Of a stretch of DNA of 64,000 nucleotides, positions 1 to 11,957 are shown one piece after another. The notes beneath the pieces are model-generated. The model did not search any database. It was not told where the DNA came from and saw nothing but the letters and a program-made list of their open reading frames with translations. The first letter of the stretch is position 1; every line of letters starts with the position of its first letter. The DNA comes from Octopus sinensis (lineage: Eukaryota): NCBI RefSeq assembly GCF_006345805.1, contig NC_043017.1:6076001-6140000 (forward strand), written 5' to 3'. A program made the translations under genes and the position numbers.

Positions 1-259
1 GTGTGTGTGTGTGGAGAGAGAGAGAGAGAGAGAAGTAGAGTGATAAAGATGATCAGTTGAGAAATATGTAGGGGCTACTGAAAAGGCTGGGGTAACATCA
101 GATGGGGTCTTACCTACACATGCATATATGCATACATACATAAGTGTATATATATATATATATGTGTATGCATGTAAGTATGTATACGTATATGTGTGTG
201 TATATGTATATGCATGTATGTATATACGTATGCATATATATATGTATATATGTATGCAT

Positions 260-432
260 ACCCACTACACTCTCGAAGTGGTTGGCGTTAGGAAGGGCAG
301 CCAGCTGTAGAAACTCTGCCAGAACAAGATTGGGGCCTGGTGCAGCCATCTGGTTCGCCAGCCCGCAGTCAAAATCGTCCAACCATGCTAGCATGGAAAG
401 TGGACGTTAAACGATGATGATGATGATGATGT
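260..432 (+). mobile_element. RTE-type LINE 3' UTR/tail fragment ending in (GAT)n
   Basis: Matches the reverse complement of the 3' UTR of the RTE copy at 58781-59430; ends CCATGCTAGCATGGAAAGTGGACGTTAAACGATGATGAT. Related pieces at about 12850-12950, 23414-23730, 38480-38700, 43325-43450 and 44660-44860. Confidence 0.7.
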
Positions 433-767
433 GTGCGAGTGTGTGTACCTATGTATACATATATGTGTGTGTATATATGTGTATGTGTATGTATGTGTAT
501 ATATATATATATATATGTATGTATGCAGGTATGTGTGTGTGTCTCAATATATAAGGGTAAGGTCCAAGTGTAGGAAGTTTGTAAGCTTCAAGCAGTCCAT
601 GGCAGGTATAGAAACAAAAACTGGACAGTGTACAGTCAGGAACAATAACAACTTATTGACGTCCAAGGTTTCACACTGTTTCCCATATGGAAGTTGCAAG
701 GAAATTCAGTCAGCTGAAGATTACTGTTTAGCTCACGGTTAGCATCTAGAGCTGTTATAAATGCGAA

Positions 768-1048
768 TAAAAATCCAAACTGAGAAAGTAGAAGGGTAAA
801 ATATAGACCACGTATGTCTCTCAGCTAGCTGACCCTCTGATGTAATAATTACTTAATGAGAAGTCATTTCAGCTCTCATCTGCGATGAGTTAACTCGGAC
901 AGTCCAAATGACAATGCAACTTTCATATAATTAAGAAGTATTCTCAGCCTGATGATTAGCCAAGTTGAGTATCCCTCAGATGATCAGCTAGCTATGAAAC
1001 AAATGTAGCCTGGATTTTACCTGTTCTACTCACTCAATTTAGATTTAT
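768..1048 (+). mobile_element. Penelope-like non-coding element with inverted arms and a decayed hammerhead motif
   Basis: 768-840 is a degenerate reverse complement of 977-1048. Motif CAGC-CTGATGA-TTAGC...GCTAT-GAAA-CAAATG-TA-GCCTG at 945-1012. Confidence 0.55.
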
Positions 1049-1217
1049 ATATGTGTGTGTGTATTTATATATAAATTATTATTATTATTATCATTATTAT
1101 TATTATGATTATCAATATTATTATTATTATCATTATTATTATTATTATTATTATTATCATTATTATTAATATTTTTATTATTATTTTTATTATTATTATT
1201 ATTACTATTATTATTAT

Positions 1218-1481
1218 TCTTCAGTAGTTTTATTTTTATAGCGTGCTTTCACTTCACTACCGAGCGCAGCTCTGTGTGCCTTGGGTATGTGCTGTGATTT
1301 GTTGTGATGCTCTGATGGTTATTGTATGGAAAGTGTTCTGCGTAGGATGTGTGCAGTGCCTAGTAGTGCAATTTTCTGTATGTTATATGTTTGTAAGTCC
1401 TGGTGTTTTTATGTATTTTTCTGAATATTTTTTTATCATGCCTAAGGCACCTACTATGATAGGAATTGTTTCTGTTTTTAG
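1218..1481 (-). mobile_element. R4/Dong-like non-LTR retrotransposon, 3' end
   Basis: Minus strand translates LKTETIPIIVGALGMIKKYSEKY...IQKIALLGTAHILRRTLSIQ*, typical of R4/Dong C-termini. Flanked by (TAA/ATT)n. A shorter second copy lies at about 1520-1682. Confidence 0.75.
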
Positions 1482-2387
1482 ATTATTATGTTTTTATTAT
1501 TATTATTATTATTATTATGATTCATTAGTCTTGTTTTTATCATGTGCTTTCACTGCACTACTGAGCACAGTTCTGTGTGCCTTGGGTTTGCACTCAGGTT
1601 TGTTGCTGCGCACTTATTTTCCCTGTATTGCAAGTACTTTACATAAGATGTGTGCAGTGCCTAGTGGTGCTATTTTCTGTAGATTATTATTACTATTGCT
1701 ATTATTATTATAACTCAGCAGAAGTTACAGAGTGACTCGAAGGTTGAGAGTTTCATGCATTGGCACTGAGATCGATATGGATATAGATATAATGATCTTA
1801 GTTTAAAAATTCAAAACAATAATGAGTGCTTTTGTCTGTTAAATTTCCAGAACAAAAGTAGAAACTGCCAATTTCAGAGCAGAAGAATTTCCAGGAAAAT
1901 TATTTCGGACTTTGGCTAAGTTTTTCAGTCTGACTATTTCGGTCTGGAATTTTTTTGGAAAAACTACCATTATGTTTGTCCAAAATAGTCAACTATTTCA
2001 TGTGTGCAAGTGTGTTTGTGTGTGTGTGTGTTTGTGCATCTGTGTATCAGTGTATGTATCTGTGTGTGTGTGTACACACATCTAAACACACAGGTATACA
2101 TATTTCTATATTTTTATACATATTACTATATATTTTACTTGTTTCAATTATTGGTCTGTGGCGATGCTGAGGCCTGCCTTGAAGGAATTAAGTCAAATGA
2201 CACACCATCAAGGTTCTAGCTTGTCCCTTTGACCACCCCTCTTTTTGCTATCTGTTAAATTCCATAACCCACTTTATTTTACTGTTGATATTTACCTTAA
2301 CGATTTAGTCATTTATACACACATAAAAATATATATAAATATACTAAAAATATATAGAAATATGTATATATATATATATACATATTT

Positions 2388-2678
2388 CTTGAGCCATGCC
2401 TGGCTCATAAGGGCCAGTTTCCCGGTTTCCTTGGCATATAGGTTCCCCACCTGGACGGGATGCCAGTCCCTCGCAAGTGAGTTGCTAGATGCAGGAGGAA
2501 AGAGTGAGAGAAAGTCATGGAGAAAGAGCCAGTAGAAGTTCGCCATTACCTTCAGCCAGAGCTGCATGGAGCTTAGGTGTTTCGCTCATAAACACACACA
2601 TCGCTCGGTCTGAGATTCGAACCCGCAATCCCTTGACCACAAGTCTGCTGCTCTAACCACTAGGCCATGTGTCTCCAC
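2388..2678 (-). mobile_element. tRNA-derived SINE, family C, variant tail
   Basis: Minus-strand head GTGGAGACACATGGCCTAGTGGTTAGAGCAGCAG...GGGTTCGAATCTC with Pol III A/B boxes; same head as 8893-9273. Confidence 0.75.
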
Positions 2679-3361
2679 ATAACTTCATATAACACTGGTT
2701 AAACATTCTTAACTGCTAGAGAAAGACATACATAAGCATAGAAATTACTTGACAAATCAGTAATTTCCTCCCCTTAATCCCAAATATTCATAACTGTCCC
2801 CTTTTACATTATATGCTTCTAACCTGCATGGATATAAGCAACCTAAGGCTCCTTACAACAAATATCCATGGTTTACCTATTTGCTCCATTGATTAACAGT
2901 TTCTCAATGGCTAGCCTTTTGTTCTTGAAAATTAACTGACCAATAGTGTCCTCTTACTGTCCAGACCATTCCTACTTCAGACCTGGGGTTTGTTTTAAGT
3001 ATGCTGCCTACATATAATAATAAGTAAAATTCATAGGAAATCAATAACTAATTAATTACAGTCAACTGTTATTATTTAGTTCTGTAATTACTGGTACTTT
3101 TAATTATATTTCTTACATTTTATTTTTGTTTTTTGACCTAACCAAATTGCTCATATAGTTATTATATATTTAACCCATATCTTCCCCTCGTGTATAGGAA
3201 CGTACCACTAAATATTGTAACTATCCCAATTCTATTTCGAAATTCTTGTCAATTGAAACTTTTCCAGTGGAACAGCATGTAACATTAATTGACATTTCAC
3301 CATTTTCTCGCTTTCTCCTTTTTCTTTTTCTTTTTCCCTATTATTTTTCTTCACTTTTCCG

Positions 3362-3475
3362 CTCTGACGAAGTTCCGCTATTCAAATCGGTATAATTAAT
3401 TATTTACAAGGATAACAATTATTATTATTGTGGTGGTTCAGCCTGGGAATTGCGCAAACGGAAACAGCTGTAAGA
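3362..3475 (+). ncRNA. Hammerhead-like motif (type I, short palindromic stem III, long stem II), partly decayed
   Basis: CTGACGA at 3364-3370; imperfect stem II GTTCCGCTATTC/GAATTGCGCAAAC; GAAA-CAGCTG-TA at 3461-3472; stem I only 2 bp. Confidence 0.5.
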
Positions 3476-3804
3476 TAAGATTCTGTCTTTTTGTAATTAA
3501 TTAATAAATGATAATTGGAGTCAATCAATTCTTCTTCATCAATTTTATCTCCATCTTCTGCTTTCCTCATATATATAATGCATATATATATATATATATA
3601 TATATAATATGTATATAATTTAGAGAAAAACCTCTATTAAACAATTCAATAAAGAAAGATGTTATTCACACCATATAGAAAACATATACTATAAAAACCT
3701 TATTCTAAAAATCAATAAAGTACAATGAATAGTAAATAGTAGTAAAATTATATACATAAATAATTATATACATATATATATATATATAGATATATATATA
3801 TATA

Positions 3805-3835
<31 letters not shown>

Positions 3836-4316
3836 TATAAGATGTGTGTGTGTATGTGTATTTTTGTTTTGGCATACAGGCGTAAAATCAATCAGCTTCT
3901 ATAATATCTTTGGCTTCCAAATTCCACTTGCGGAGTATTCACCAACCCAAATCTACACTGGATGACACATTTCCAAAGTGACACACAGTAGAATTGAACC
4001 TTGCTCAACACATTTCTAAAATGGACTTGTTAACCATATGATTATGGCTGTCTCTTTCTCATAGACTTATTCTTTTTCATCCCATGATTATAATCCAAAT
4101 TGGCTGGATGGGGGGATTTAATCCTTTTAAAACCACTTTAAGTATTCCACACTCATTAATCCTGATAGAGGATTCCATACTTATTTAATCTACATTAGAC
4201 CTTTCCATACTTACAATATGCTATTCCGATAATAGGATTGTTTGTCCTTACATCAAACGATAAATAGATATATATTTATATATATACACATATATACACA
4301 TAAATATAAAAGATGT

Positions 4317-4358
<42 letters not shown>

Positions 4359-4894
4359 TATATATGGAAATTAGAAGCCGTTCATTAGATTCCCTGAACA
4401 CTGAGTGGAATAACCGAAAACTTAAACATTCAAACACTTTTCATCCATTTAAAACAAATATTTTAGGAAATTTTAATAGAATTTAATGGTTTGGAAGATA
4501 AAAGACTCTAATTTGTTTTCGTGGCAGTATTCCACAGATATAAAAGGGAAGAACTGAATAAATAACTAAATAAAATAAACAAACACATATAAACAACCTT
4601 TTTTTTTGTATTTTTTCATATTTTTTCTTTCATGTTCCTTTCTTTATTATTGCAAAAAGAATAATAATGATGATTACGATGACGATGATGATGATGATGA
4701 TGCTGATGGCGATGGTGATGGTGATGGTGGTGATTGTTGGTGTTATTGTAACTATGATAATGTGAAGCTAGAATGACACATGAATTCAGGGTTTTGTGTG
4801 GGTGTGTGGGGCGGGCAGGGGACGGCGTTCAATTTATTCGTTTTGTCTCAACTCCGCCCTGTGAATTTGTGGTCTTGCACCAATGAAAGAAATC

Positions 4895-5724
4895 ATCGTC
4901 ATCGTCATCATTATTGCCATCATTGCCATCGTCATAGCCATCAGCAACAGCAGCGCTCCCACTGCCACCACAAACCTCCACTAAATCACCACTGCCATCA
5001 TCATCATCATCATCATCTTAATCATCATGCTTTTCATCATCATCATCATCGTCATCATCATCATTCTTTTCATCATTGCCATCATTATCATTCTTTTGAT
5101 CCTCATCACCACTGTGATCATCCTGATCAGCATCAACCCAGTCATCGTCAGTAGTGCTAACACTGGTACCATCATGGCCACCGCCATCATCATCACTGAA
5201 TTAAGTCATCATTGCTATCATCATCATCATCATCACCGCAATCAACAGTAGCAGTGCTACTACCATCACCACCACTAACCCACAATCATCATCATCATCA
5301 TCATCACCTCCATCATCATTTCTAGCACAAACACTGGTGCCAACTGATCACCATCACCACCACCACCAGCACCCACCCTCCAGCATCAAGCCACAGTCAC
5401 CATCACCACTACAAACCATCATCACCACCACCACCACCACCACCACCACCAATTACCATCATAACCAGCAGCAGCAACAGCACTACTACCACCACCACTG
5501 TTATAATCATTATCACCTCTACAATTATTACCCCTCTCACCACTACCTTAACTTGACACACCACCACCACCACCACCACATCGTTAATTATTGGACACGA
5601 CCAAATTTGCAACATTATGCAAATGTGATCAGGTCTGTCCTGATCCGATTTACAGCTTCCATTATTATTATTATTGTTATTATTATTATTGTTTATATTA
5701 TTATTATTACTATTATCATCATCA

Positions 5725-5756
<32 letters not shown>

Positions 5757-5760
5757 GTTA
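4895..5760. repeat. Degenerate (CAT)n/(CAC)n/(ATT)n microsatellite block
   Basis: Direct reading; source of the His/Ile-rich pseudo-ORFs. Confidence 0.95.
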
Positions 5761-5779
5761 AGGATTTGAGCTGCCAGAA

Positions 5780-5985
5780 TTGTTAGCTGGCAGAAACATT
5801 AGCACGCCGGGCGAAATGCTTAGTGGTATTTTGTCTGCCGTTAGGTTCTGAGTTCAAATTCTGCCAAGGTCAACTTTGCCTTTCATCCTTTCGGGGTTGA
5901 TAAATTAAGTACCAGTTACACACTGGGGTCGATATAATTGACTTAAACCCTTTGTCTGTCCTTGTTTGTCCACTCTATATTTAGT
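5780..5985 (+). mobile_element. SINE family B
   Basis: AGCTGGCAGAAACATTAGCACGCCGGGCGAAATGCTTAG...GTTCTGAGTTCAAATTC...CTTTGCCTTTCATCCTTTCGGGG; same as 25425-25657. Confidence 0.8.
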
Positions 5986-6110
5986 GAAGAAACAAGAATT
6001 GTTACTAAGCCAGGCAAAATGTTTCATGATATTTCGTCCGTTTTTACATTCTGAATTCAACCTGTGCTGAGATTGACTTTGCATTTCGTCCTTTAAGGGT
6101 TGATAAAATC

Positions 6111-6520
6111 TTTATTTCTTTATTGCAAACAGTAAGGGGGCTAAACATTGATGGGGACAAACAGGGACAGTCAAAGGGATTAAGTTGATTACGTTGACCC
6201 CAGTGTGTAACTGGTACTTATTTAATCAACCCCGAAAGAATGAAAGGCAAAGTTGATCTCAGACGAATTTGAACTCAGAACGAAATTCAAGCAGACGAAA
6301 TACCCATTTCTTTACTACCCACAATGGGCTAAACACAGAAAGTACAAACAAGGACAGACAAATGGATTAAGCCGATTATATCGACCCCATTACATAACTG
6401 GTACTTAATTTCTCGAGGCAAAGTCGACCTCAGCAGAATTTGAACTCAGAACGTAATGGCAGACAAAATACCACTAAGCATTTTTCCTGGCATTCTAACG
6501 ATTCTGCCAGCTCGCTGCCC
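6111..6520 (-). mobile_element. SINE family B, tandem dimer
   Basis: Two head-to-tail units joined at CGAAATACCCATTTCTTTACTACC (about 6296-6320). Confidence 0.75.
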
Positions 6521-6600
6521 TAAAATATTACCAGCTGAATACTGGGGTTGATGCAAATGACTAGTCCCCACCCGACAAAATTTCAGACCTTGTGCTTTGT

Positions 6601-6920
6601 AGCAAGTTTGTTGAAAAGTGGGTGAATGTTGGAAGAATGGCCAGTGTGAAAGGACCAATTCTGAGCGTGCACCTGTGAAGAGATAAAAGGAGAAGGGCTC
6701 TTGCCCTGTTGATCAAGCACCCATGGCTTTTGTGGGTTTTTCCATGAGATCCTTAAAACGCTTCCTCTATTGGGAGTTTTAAATTGTTTAATTTTTAATT
6801 GTTATTTATATTGTTTACACGCTGTAAAACCAATTGTATCGTCCTGTTTTTGTCTTTTAAGTTGTTGTATGTGTTTTAATGTGATTTTATGTGAGCCCTT
6901 ATGGCCAATAAAAGAATTTA
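6601..6920 (+). mobile_element. L1/Tx1-like LINE 3' end with (ATT)n tail
   Basis: KFVEKWVNVGRMASVKGPILSVHL*, then a 3' UTR ending GCCCTTATGGCCAATAAAAGAA(TTA)n. Homologous to 52535-53005. Clade assignment is by recognition only. Confidence 0.55.
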
Positions 6921-6932
6921 TTATTATTATTA

Positions 6933-6970
<38 letters not shown>

Positions 6971-7486
6971 TTATGTTTGACTTTTGCTTTGCATTTGTAC
7001 AAGTTGACTCCAGGTCTCACCCAGAAACCTCAAGAGACAACAAGTTAGAAGTTCCTGTTGGTGTTATGCCTGGGGTGCTATATATTTGGTTCTGTACATA
7101 GTGTTGTTCTAGAGAATGTTTAAGAAACCATACGAAAATTATGTTTGTTTTAAAACTTGAGATTACATAGAAAGTATTTTATGTAGGATAGGAGCAGTTC
7201 CCATGAGCACTATCTTTTGAATTTCTGCCATTTTGGGGTTTCCTGGTATCTGAGCTAGGTAGCAGTCAGCCCCTTTTGCTATCAATTCCCAGAGTACCTA
7301 TGACAACAGGTATTGTTTTAGTCGTCAGGTTCCACATTTTGCTAATTTCTGTTTCAAGATCTTTATACTTGCTCAGTTTTTGGTAGGTCTTGACAGATAC
7401 ATTTATATCGATTGGGACAGTCATATCAATGAGGAGGCATGTTCTTTGTCTGAAGTCTTTCAATATGATGCCTGTTATTTGCATCA
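6971..7486 (-). mobile_element. R4/Dong-like non-LTR retrotransposon, restriction-like endonuclease region and 3' UTR (pseudogene)
   Basis: IILKDFRQRTCLLIDMTVPIDINVSVKTYQKLSKYKDLETEISKMWNLTTKTIPVVIGTLG, a frameshift, then IQKIVLMGTAPILHKILSM*. 3' end abuts (TAA)n. Confidence 0.85.
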
Positions 7487-7552
7487 GAGTATGTTTTTAA
7501 GACATAAATGCAAGTAAGTTTTTAAAAAACACAATAGAAGACTCAAAAAACA

Positions 7553-7658
7553 CCTACATATGTTTCGATTCTGGCCCCTTGGTAATGCATAATTCAAATC
7601 ATTTGGGTAAAATCCAATATTAAGAATTTAAGCTGTAAGGGATAGAATCTCTTCAGGG
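7553..7658 (-). ncRNA. Type I hammerhead ribozyme motif (left arm)
   Basis: Minus strand: CC-CTGAAGA-GATTCT...AGAATC-GAAA-CATATG-TA-GG. Confidence 0.7.
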
Positions 7659-7924
7659 ATTTTGTTTTAATAATAACGAATGTTACATCCTTCTTGAAGT
7701 AATTCAAATCGACAACTAAATAAGTTTAATATGCTATTACATATATGTTGTGTGTATGTGCTTGGTAAAGTAATAAATCTTATTTTATATTTATTTTCAC
7801 ATACTCAATTTATTTACCTTACCAAATACATACACACAACATATATGTAATAACATATTAAAATTCTTTAGTTGTCGATTAGAATTACTTCAAGAAAGAT
7901 GCAACCTTCCTTATTATTAAAACA

Positions 7925-8041
7925 AAATCCCTGAAGAGATTCTACTCCCTCACAGCTTAAATTCTTAATATTTGATTTAACCGAAATGATTTGAATTATG
8001 CATTACCAAGGGGCCAGAATCGAAACATATGTAGGTGTTTT
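7925..8041 (+). ncRNA. Type I hammerhead ribozyme motif (right arm)
   Basis: AAAATCC-CTGAAGA(7931-7937)-GATTCTacTCCCT...AGGGGccAGAATC-GAAA(8022-8025)-CATATG-TA-GGTGTTTT. All core nucleotides canonical; palindromic stem III. Confidence 0.72.
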
Positions 8042-8276
8042 GAGTCTTCTATTATGTTTTTCAAAAATTTATTTGCATTTATATTTTAAAAACAAGCTAT
8101 GATGCAAATAAATTAAATATACATCCTCAACTCTCCATTTTCTTAAATTATTAATTTTACCTATTATAATAATCCATAACGCATCATAGAAATTTTCTTC
8201 TTATGTGATGGAGATTAAGTCAGTAAATTTTGGGTTTATTAATCCTTAATAAGAATAAGATATTCTTGAATTGACT

Positions 8277-8320
<44 letters not shown>

Positions 8321-8322
<2 letters not shown>

Positions 8323-8556
8323 ATATTAGGGAATAAATCCAAACTTACAGGGAAAAATTAGATTTAGGATTAATCCAATTTTATAGTATAAATATATTAT
8401 ATTATATTATATTAAATTAAATTAGAGATAAAACCACTATTAGGCAAATCAAACAGTGAAAAACATAAGCCAATATTTTTTAATTAATTTTATGTATTGG
8501 GTTATGTTTTTCACTGTTTGATTTGCCTAATAGTGATTTTATCTTTAATTTAATTT
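8321..8556 (-). mobile_element. Penelope-like inverted-arm element (family of 31546-31880) lacking the ribozyme-bearing centre
   Basis: Arms about 8412-8476 and 8495-8556 are reverse complements; 8321-8410 matches the reverse complement of 31800-31880; flanked by (TA)n. Confidence 0.65.
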
Positions 8557-8892
8557 TAAAAATATATATATATATATATACACAACAGGCTTCTTTCAGT
8601 TTCTGTCTACCAAATCCACTCACAAGACTTTGGTCAATTTGAGGCTACAGTAGAAAACACTTTGTCCAGGGTGCCACAGAGTGAGACTCAACTGGAACTG
8701 TGTAGTTTGGAAGCAAACTTCTTACAACACAGCCACACCTGTGCCTATGAAAAATCTACCACAGCAATTTCCATCTGATCTATGCAAGCAGGGTAATGTT
8801 TTATAGAAATGATGACGACGACAATGATGAGGATGATGATGATAAATAGATAGCAGGAGTTAAGAACATTCACTACAATATTACCCATGTGG

Positions 8893-9273
8893 GTGGAGGC
8901 ACAATGGCCCAGTGGTTAGGGCAGCAGACCTGTGGTTGTAGGATGATGGTTTTGATCCCCAGACCGGACATTGTGAGTGTTTATTGAACGAAAGCACCTA
9001 AAGCTCCACGAGGCTCCAGCAGGGGATGGTAGCGAATTTCGCTCTACTCTTTCACCACAACTTTCTCTCACTCTTTCTTCCTGTTTCTGTTGTACCTGTA
9101 TTTCAAAGGGCCAGCCTTGTCACGATCTGTATCATGCTGAATCTCCCCGAGAACTACGTTAAGGGTACACGTGTCTGTGGAGTACTCAGCCACTTGCACA
9201 TTAATTTCATGAGCAGGTTGTTCCGTTGATCAGATCAACTAGATCCCTCGTCGCCCCAACCAACAAAGTGCCA
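8893..9273 (+). mobile_element. tRNA-derived SINE family C, full length with target-site duplication
   Basis: Head GGAGGCACAATGGCCCAGTGGTTAGGGCAGC; TATTACCCAT repeated at 8879-8888 and 9275-9284. Other copies at about 10865-11120 (+), 25210-25800 (-, split), 28100-28350 (-), 46250-46620 (-), 48347-48650 (+) and 56355-56680 (-). Confidence 0.85.
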
Positions 9274-9479
9274 CTATTACCCATCTACAGGGTGAGAAGC
9301 TGGCAGCATCATCAGTATGCCAGGCAAAATGCTTAGCCAGAATTTCATCATTCTTTATGTTCTGAGTTCAAATTCTATCGAGGCCGACTTTGCCCTTCAT
9401 TCTTTTGGGGACAATAAAATAAATGCCTTTTAAGCATTGAAGGGGTCAATGTCATTTCTACCACCAACCCTGTAAATTA

Positions 9480-10200
9480 CTACAGGGGTGAGCACTATAA
9501 TACGATGTTTGAAGTCTCACCCTAGTCGCATCTTTATAGTACATAATCACTGAGGTACGGTATCATTACAATAGATTTTTTCTACAGAGGAATATCACTA
9601 TAGTTGAGTATTTCTATAGCATCACTATGAAACAGTATCACCATAGTATAGTTTGATTAATACATAGTGTCAGCAAGCATAAAGAAACCACTATATTATG
9701 ACTAGAACTACCGACAATATTAGTGCAACTACGACTACCACCTACGCACCTATATTAACTAGGAAAATGAAACAATGTTATAGAATAGTCTACAATGATT
9801 AAAGAACTAGTATAATAGTGTTACTATAATTTATTATCACAGTAGTGTAGTATGACTATAATGTAATACTGATATAGTACCACTACACCCACCTACAATA
9901 CTATAATGTTCTAACAAGGTATCAGATACTATCATAGTATCACTATATCGTAACATTGTAGAGTATCTTTATAGTTGGATTTTGCTATAGTGAACTGTTT
10001 TATAACTGATCACCTAATTAGTATAGTACCTCTGGTACCTACTTAGCATAGTATTGTAGTGATAGTATATTGATTCAATACTATGGTGATTCTATGTTAT
10101 AATCCTTAAAGTATAATGATACTATGGTATAGTGATGCTATACTATAGAGATACATTACAATAGTGATACTAAATTATAGTAACTCTATATTATAATTCT
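9480..10200. repeat. Degenerate TAG/TAC/ATA-rich low-complexity tract
   Basis: Recurrent TATAGT/ACTATA/TAGTA words with no ORF; similar tract at 24480-24620. Confidence 0.6.
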
Positions 10201-11139
10201 TTCTTTCTAATTTTGGCACAAGGCCAGCAATTTCGATGGGAGGGGGGAATGTTGATTACATCAACCTCCAGTGCATAACTGGTACTTATTTTATCGGCCT
10301 CAAAAGAATGAATGACAAAATTAAACTCAGCTGTATTTGAACTCAGGACATAAAACCAAAAGCCAAAAGGAATACCACTAAATGTTTTGTCAGGCGTACT
10401 ATCGGCTCTCTCAGCTCACCACCACAAGCACTAACTGTAGTGAAACTATACTATAATGACTTTATTCTATAGTGTAGTAGTACTATGTTGCCATTCCAAC
10501 AAGCTGCAATGCTATATTAGTCATATAGCAGACATAATAAACTCCATCAATCAAATATTAACAAGCAGTCAGGGACTTCAGTTTCTGTTGCGAGCACCTG
10601 TTGTTTATAGCAACACCATTGCATCTAGAGAATTCTATATCTTGCATTGCTTTCTGTGAATCACAGACACGCCACTGCATCTGTTTGCTATTGTGGCTGT
10701 ACTTTTGTACTCTTTTATTGTATTGATGATAGAGTACTGCATACAGAGCAGTTGTTATTGATATATACAGAGTACTTAGTATAAAGTAAAGAATAAAGGA
10801 ATTCTCAGCCATTAAATAATTATGAGATGTAAGCTGGTGTGGTGTGGTGTATATATGTATACAGTGGAGGTGCAGTGGCCCAGTGGTTAGGGCAGCAGGC
10901 TCGCGGTTGTATGATCGTGGTTTCGATTCCCAGACTAGGTATTGTGAATGTTTGTTGAGTTAAAACACCTAAAGCCCCACGAGGCTCTGACAGGGGTCGG
11001 TGGCGGACCCTGCTGTACTCTTTCACCATAAGTTTCTTTCACTCTTTCTTCCTGTTTCTGTTGTACCTATATTTCAAAAGGCCAACCTTGTCACACTCTG
11101 TGTCACGCTGAATCTCCATCAGGGGAAGTGGCCTTAACA

Positions 11140-11285
11140 CTTCTGCTGTGGAGAACGGGGCTTCTTGAGTACAGTAGGGTGCAAGGTATCTTGGTCCTTT
11201 GTCATCTTGTCTGAAAGGTTCAGCATCCTGGGGTCACTCTTCGATACTTTGCTCTATGTCTTCCTGGGTCTCCCTCTTCCAAGTG
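11140..11285 (-). mobile_element. RTE-type LINE C-terminal fragment
   Basis: Minus strand GRGRPRKT*SKVSKSDPRMLNLSDKMTKDQD resembles the RTE C-terminal RGRP(R/K)xW...D motif. Confidence 0.6.
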
Positions 11286-11850
11286 CCCACCCCAGCAAAA
11301 GCATCACCCAGAGAAGACTGCCCCCACTCAAACCCCAGCCCCACTATGCTACTGGAATCAACTCTGTTGCAAATATTTGACCAAGGTCTCTGGTTTGAAA
11401 GTAACTTGGTTTCTTCCATCAGTCACAGAAGCCCAAAGTGATAAATGAAACTTCTCTTACTTCTCTGATGGAGTCATAATGAATATTCTTTTCTACTTTA
11501 GGCACAAGACTCGAGATTTTTGGGGAGGGTGGTGCCAGTCAACTACATCAACCCCAGTGTTTTACTGGTACTTAATTTATCAACCCTGAAAGGATGAAAG
11601 GCAAAGCCAACCTCAGCAGAATTTGAATTCAGTACATAAAGACAGATGAAGTTATAATAAATATTGTTTTAGAAAAGTATTCAGGTATAGGATGTTGGTG
11701 TGTTGTAAAAAGCTTGCTTCCCAACCACGTGGTTCCAGGTTCAGTCCCACAGTGTGGCACTTTGGACAAGTGCTTTCTATTACAGCCTTGGGCTGGCAAA
11801 GAGCCTTGTGAGTGGATTTGGTAGATGGAAACTGAAAGAAGCCTATTATG

Positions 11851-11893
<43 letters not shown>

Positions 11894-11957
11894 GCCATCA
11901 AAGAGTCCTTAGTCAGGGAAAAATGCACTTGTATATCTGTCAGTAGAGTGGATATAT

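Larger units (their letters stand above)
7475..8277 (+). mobile_element. Penelope-like non-coding element: ~300-bp inverted repeat plus unique 3' extension ending at (TA)n
   Basis: 7475-7778 is the reverse complement of 7808-8111 with scattered substitutions and a ~29-nt spacer; a hammerhead motif lies in each arm. Confidence 0.75.

Noticed and set aside
10865-10945. tRNA gene-like sequence with A and B boxes (also at other SINE heads)
   Set aside because: It continues directly into SINE body sequence repeated many times in the window, and I could not fold a complete cloverleaf.
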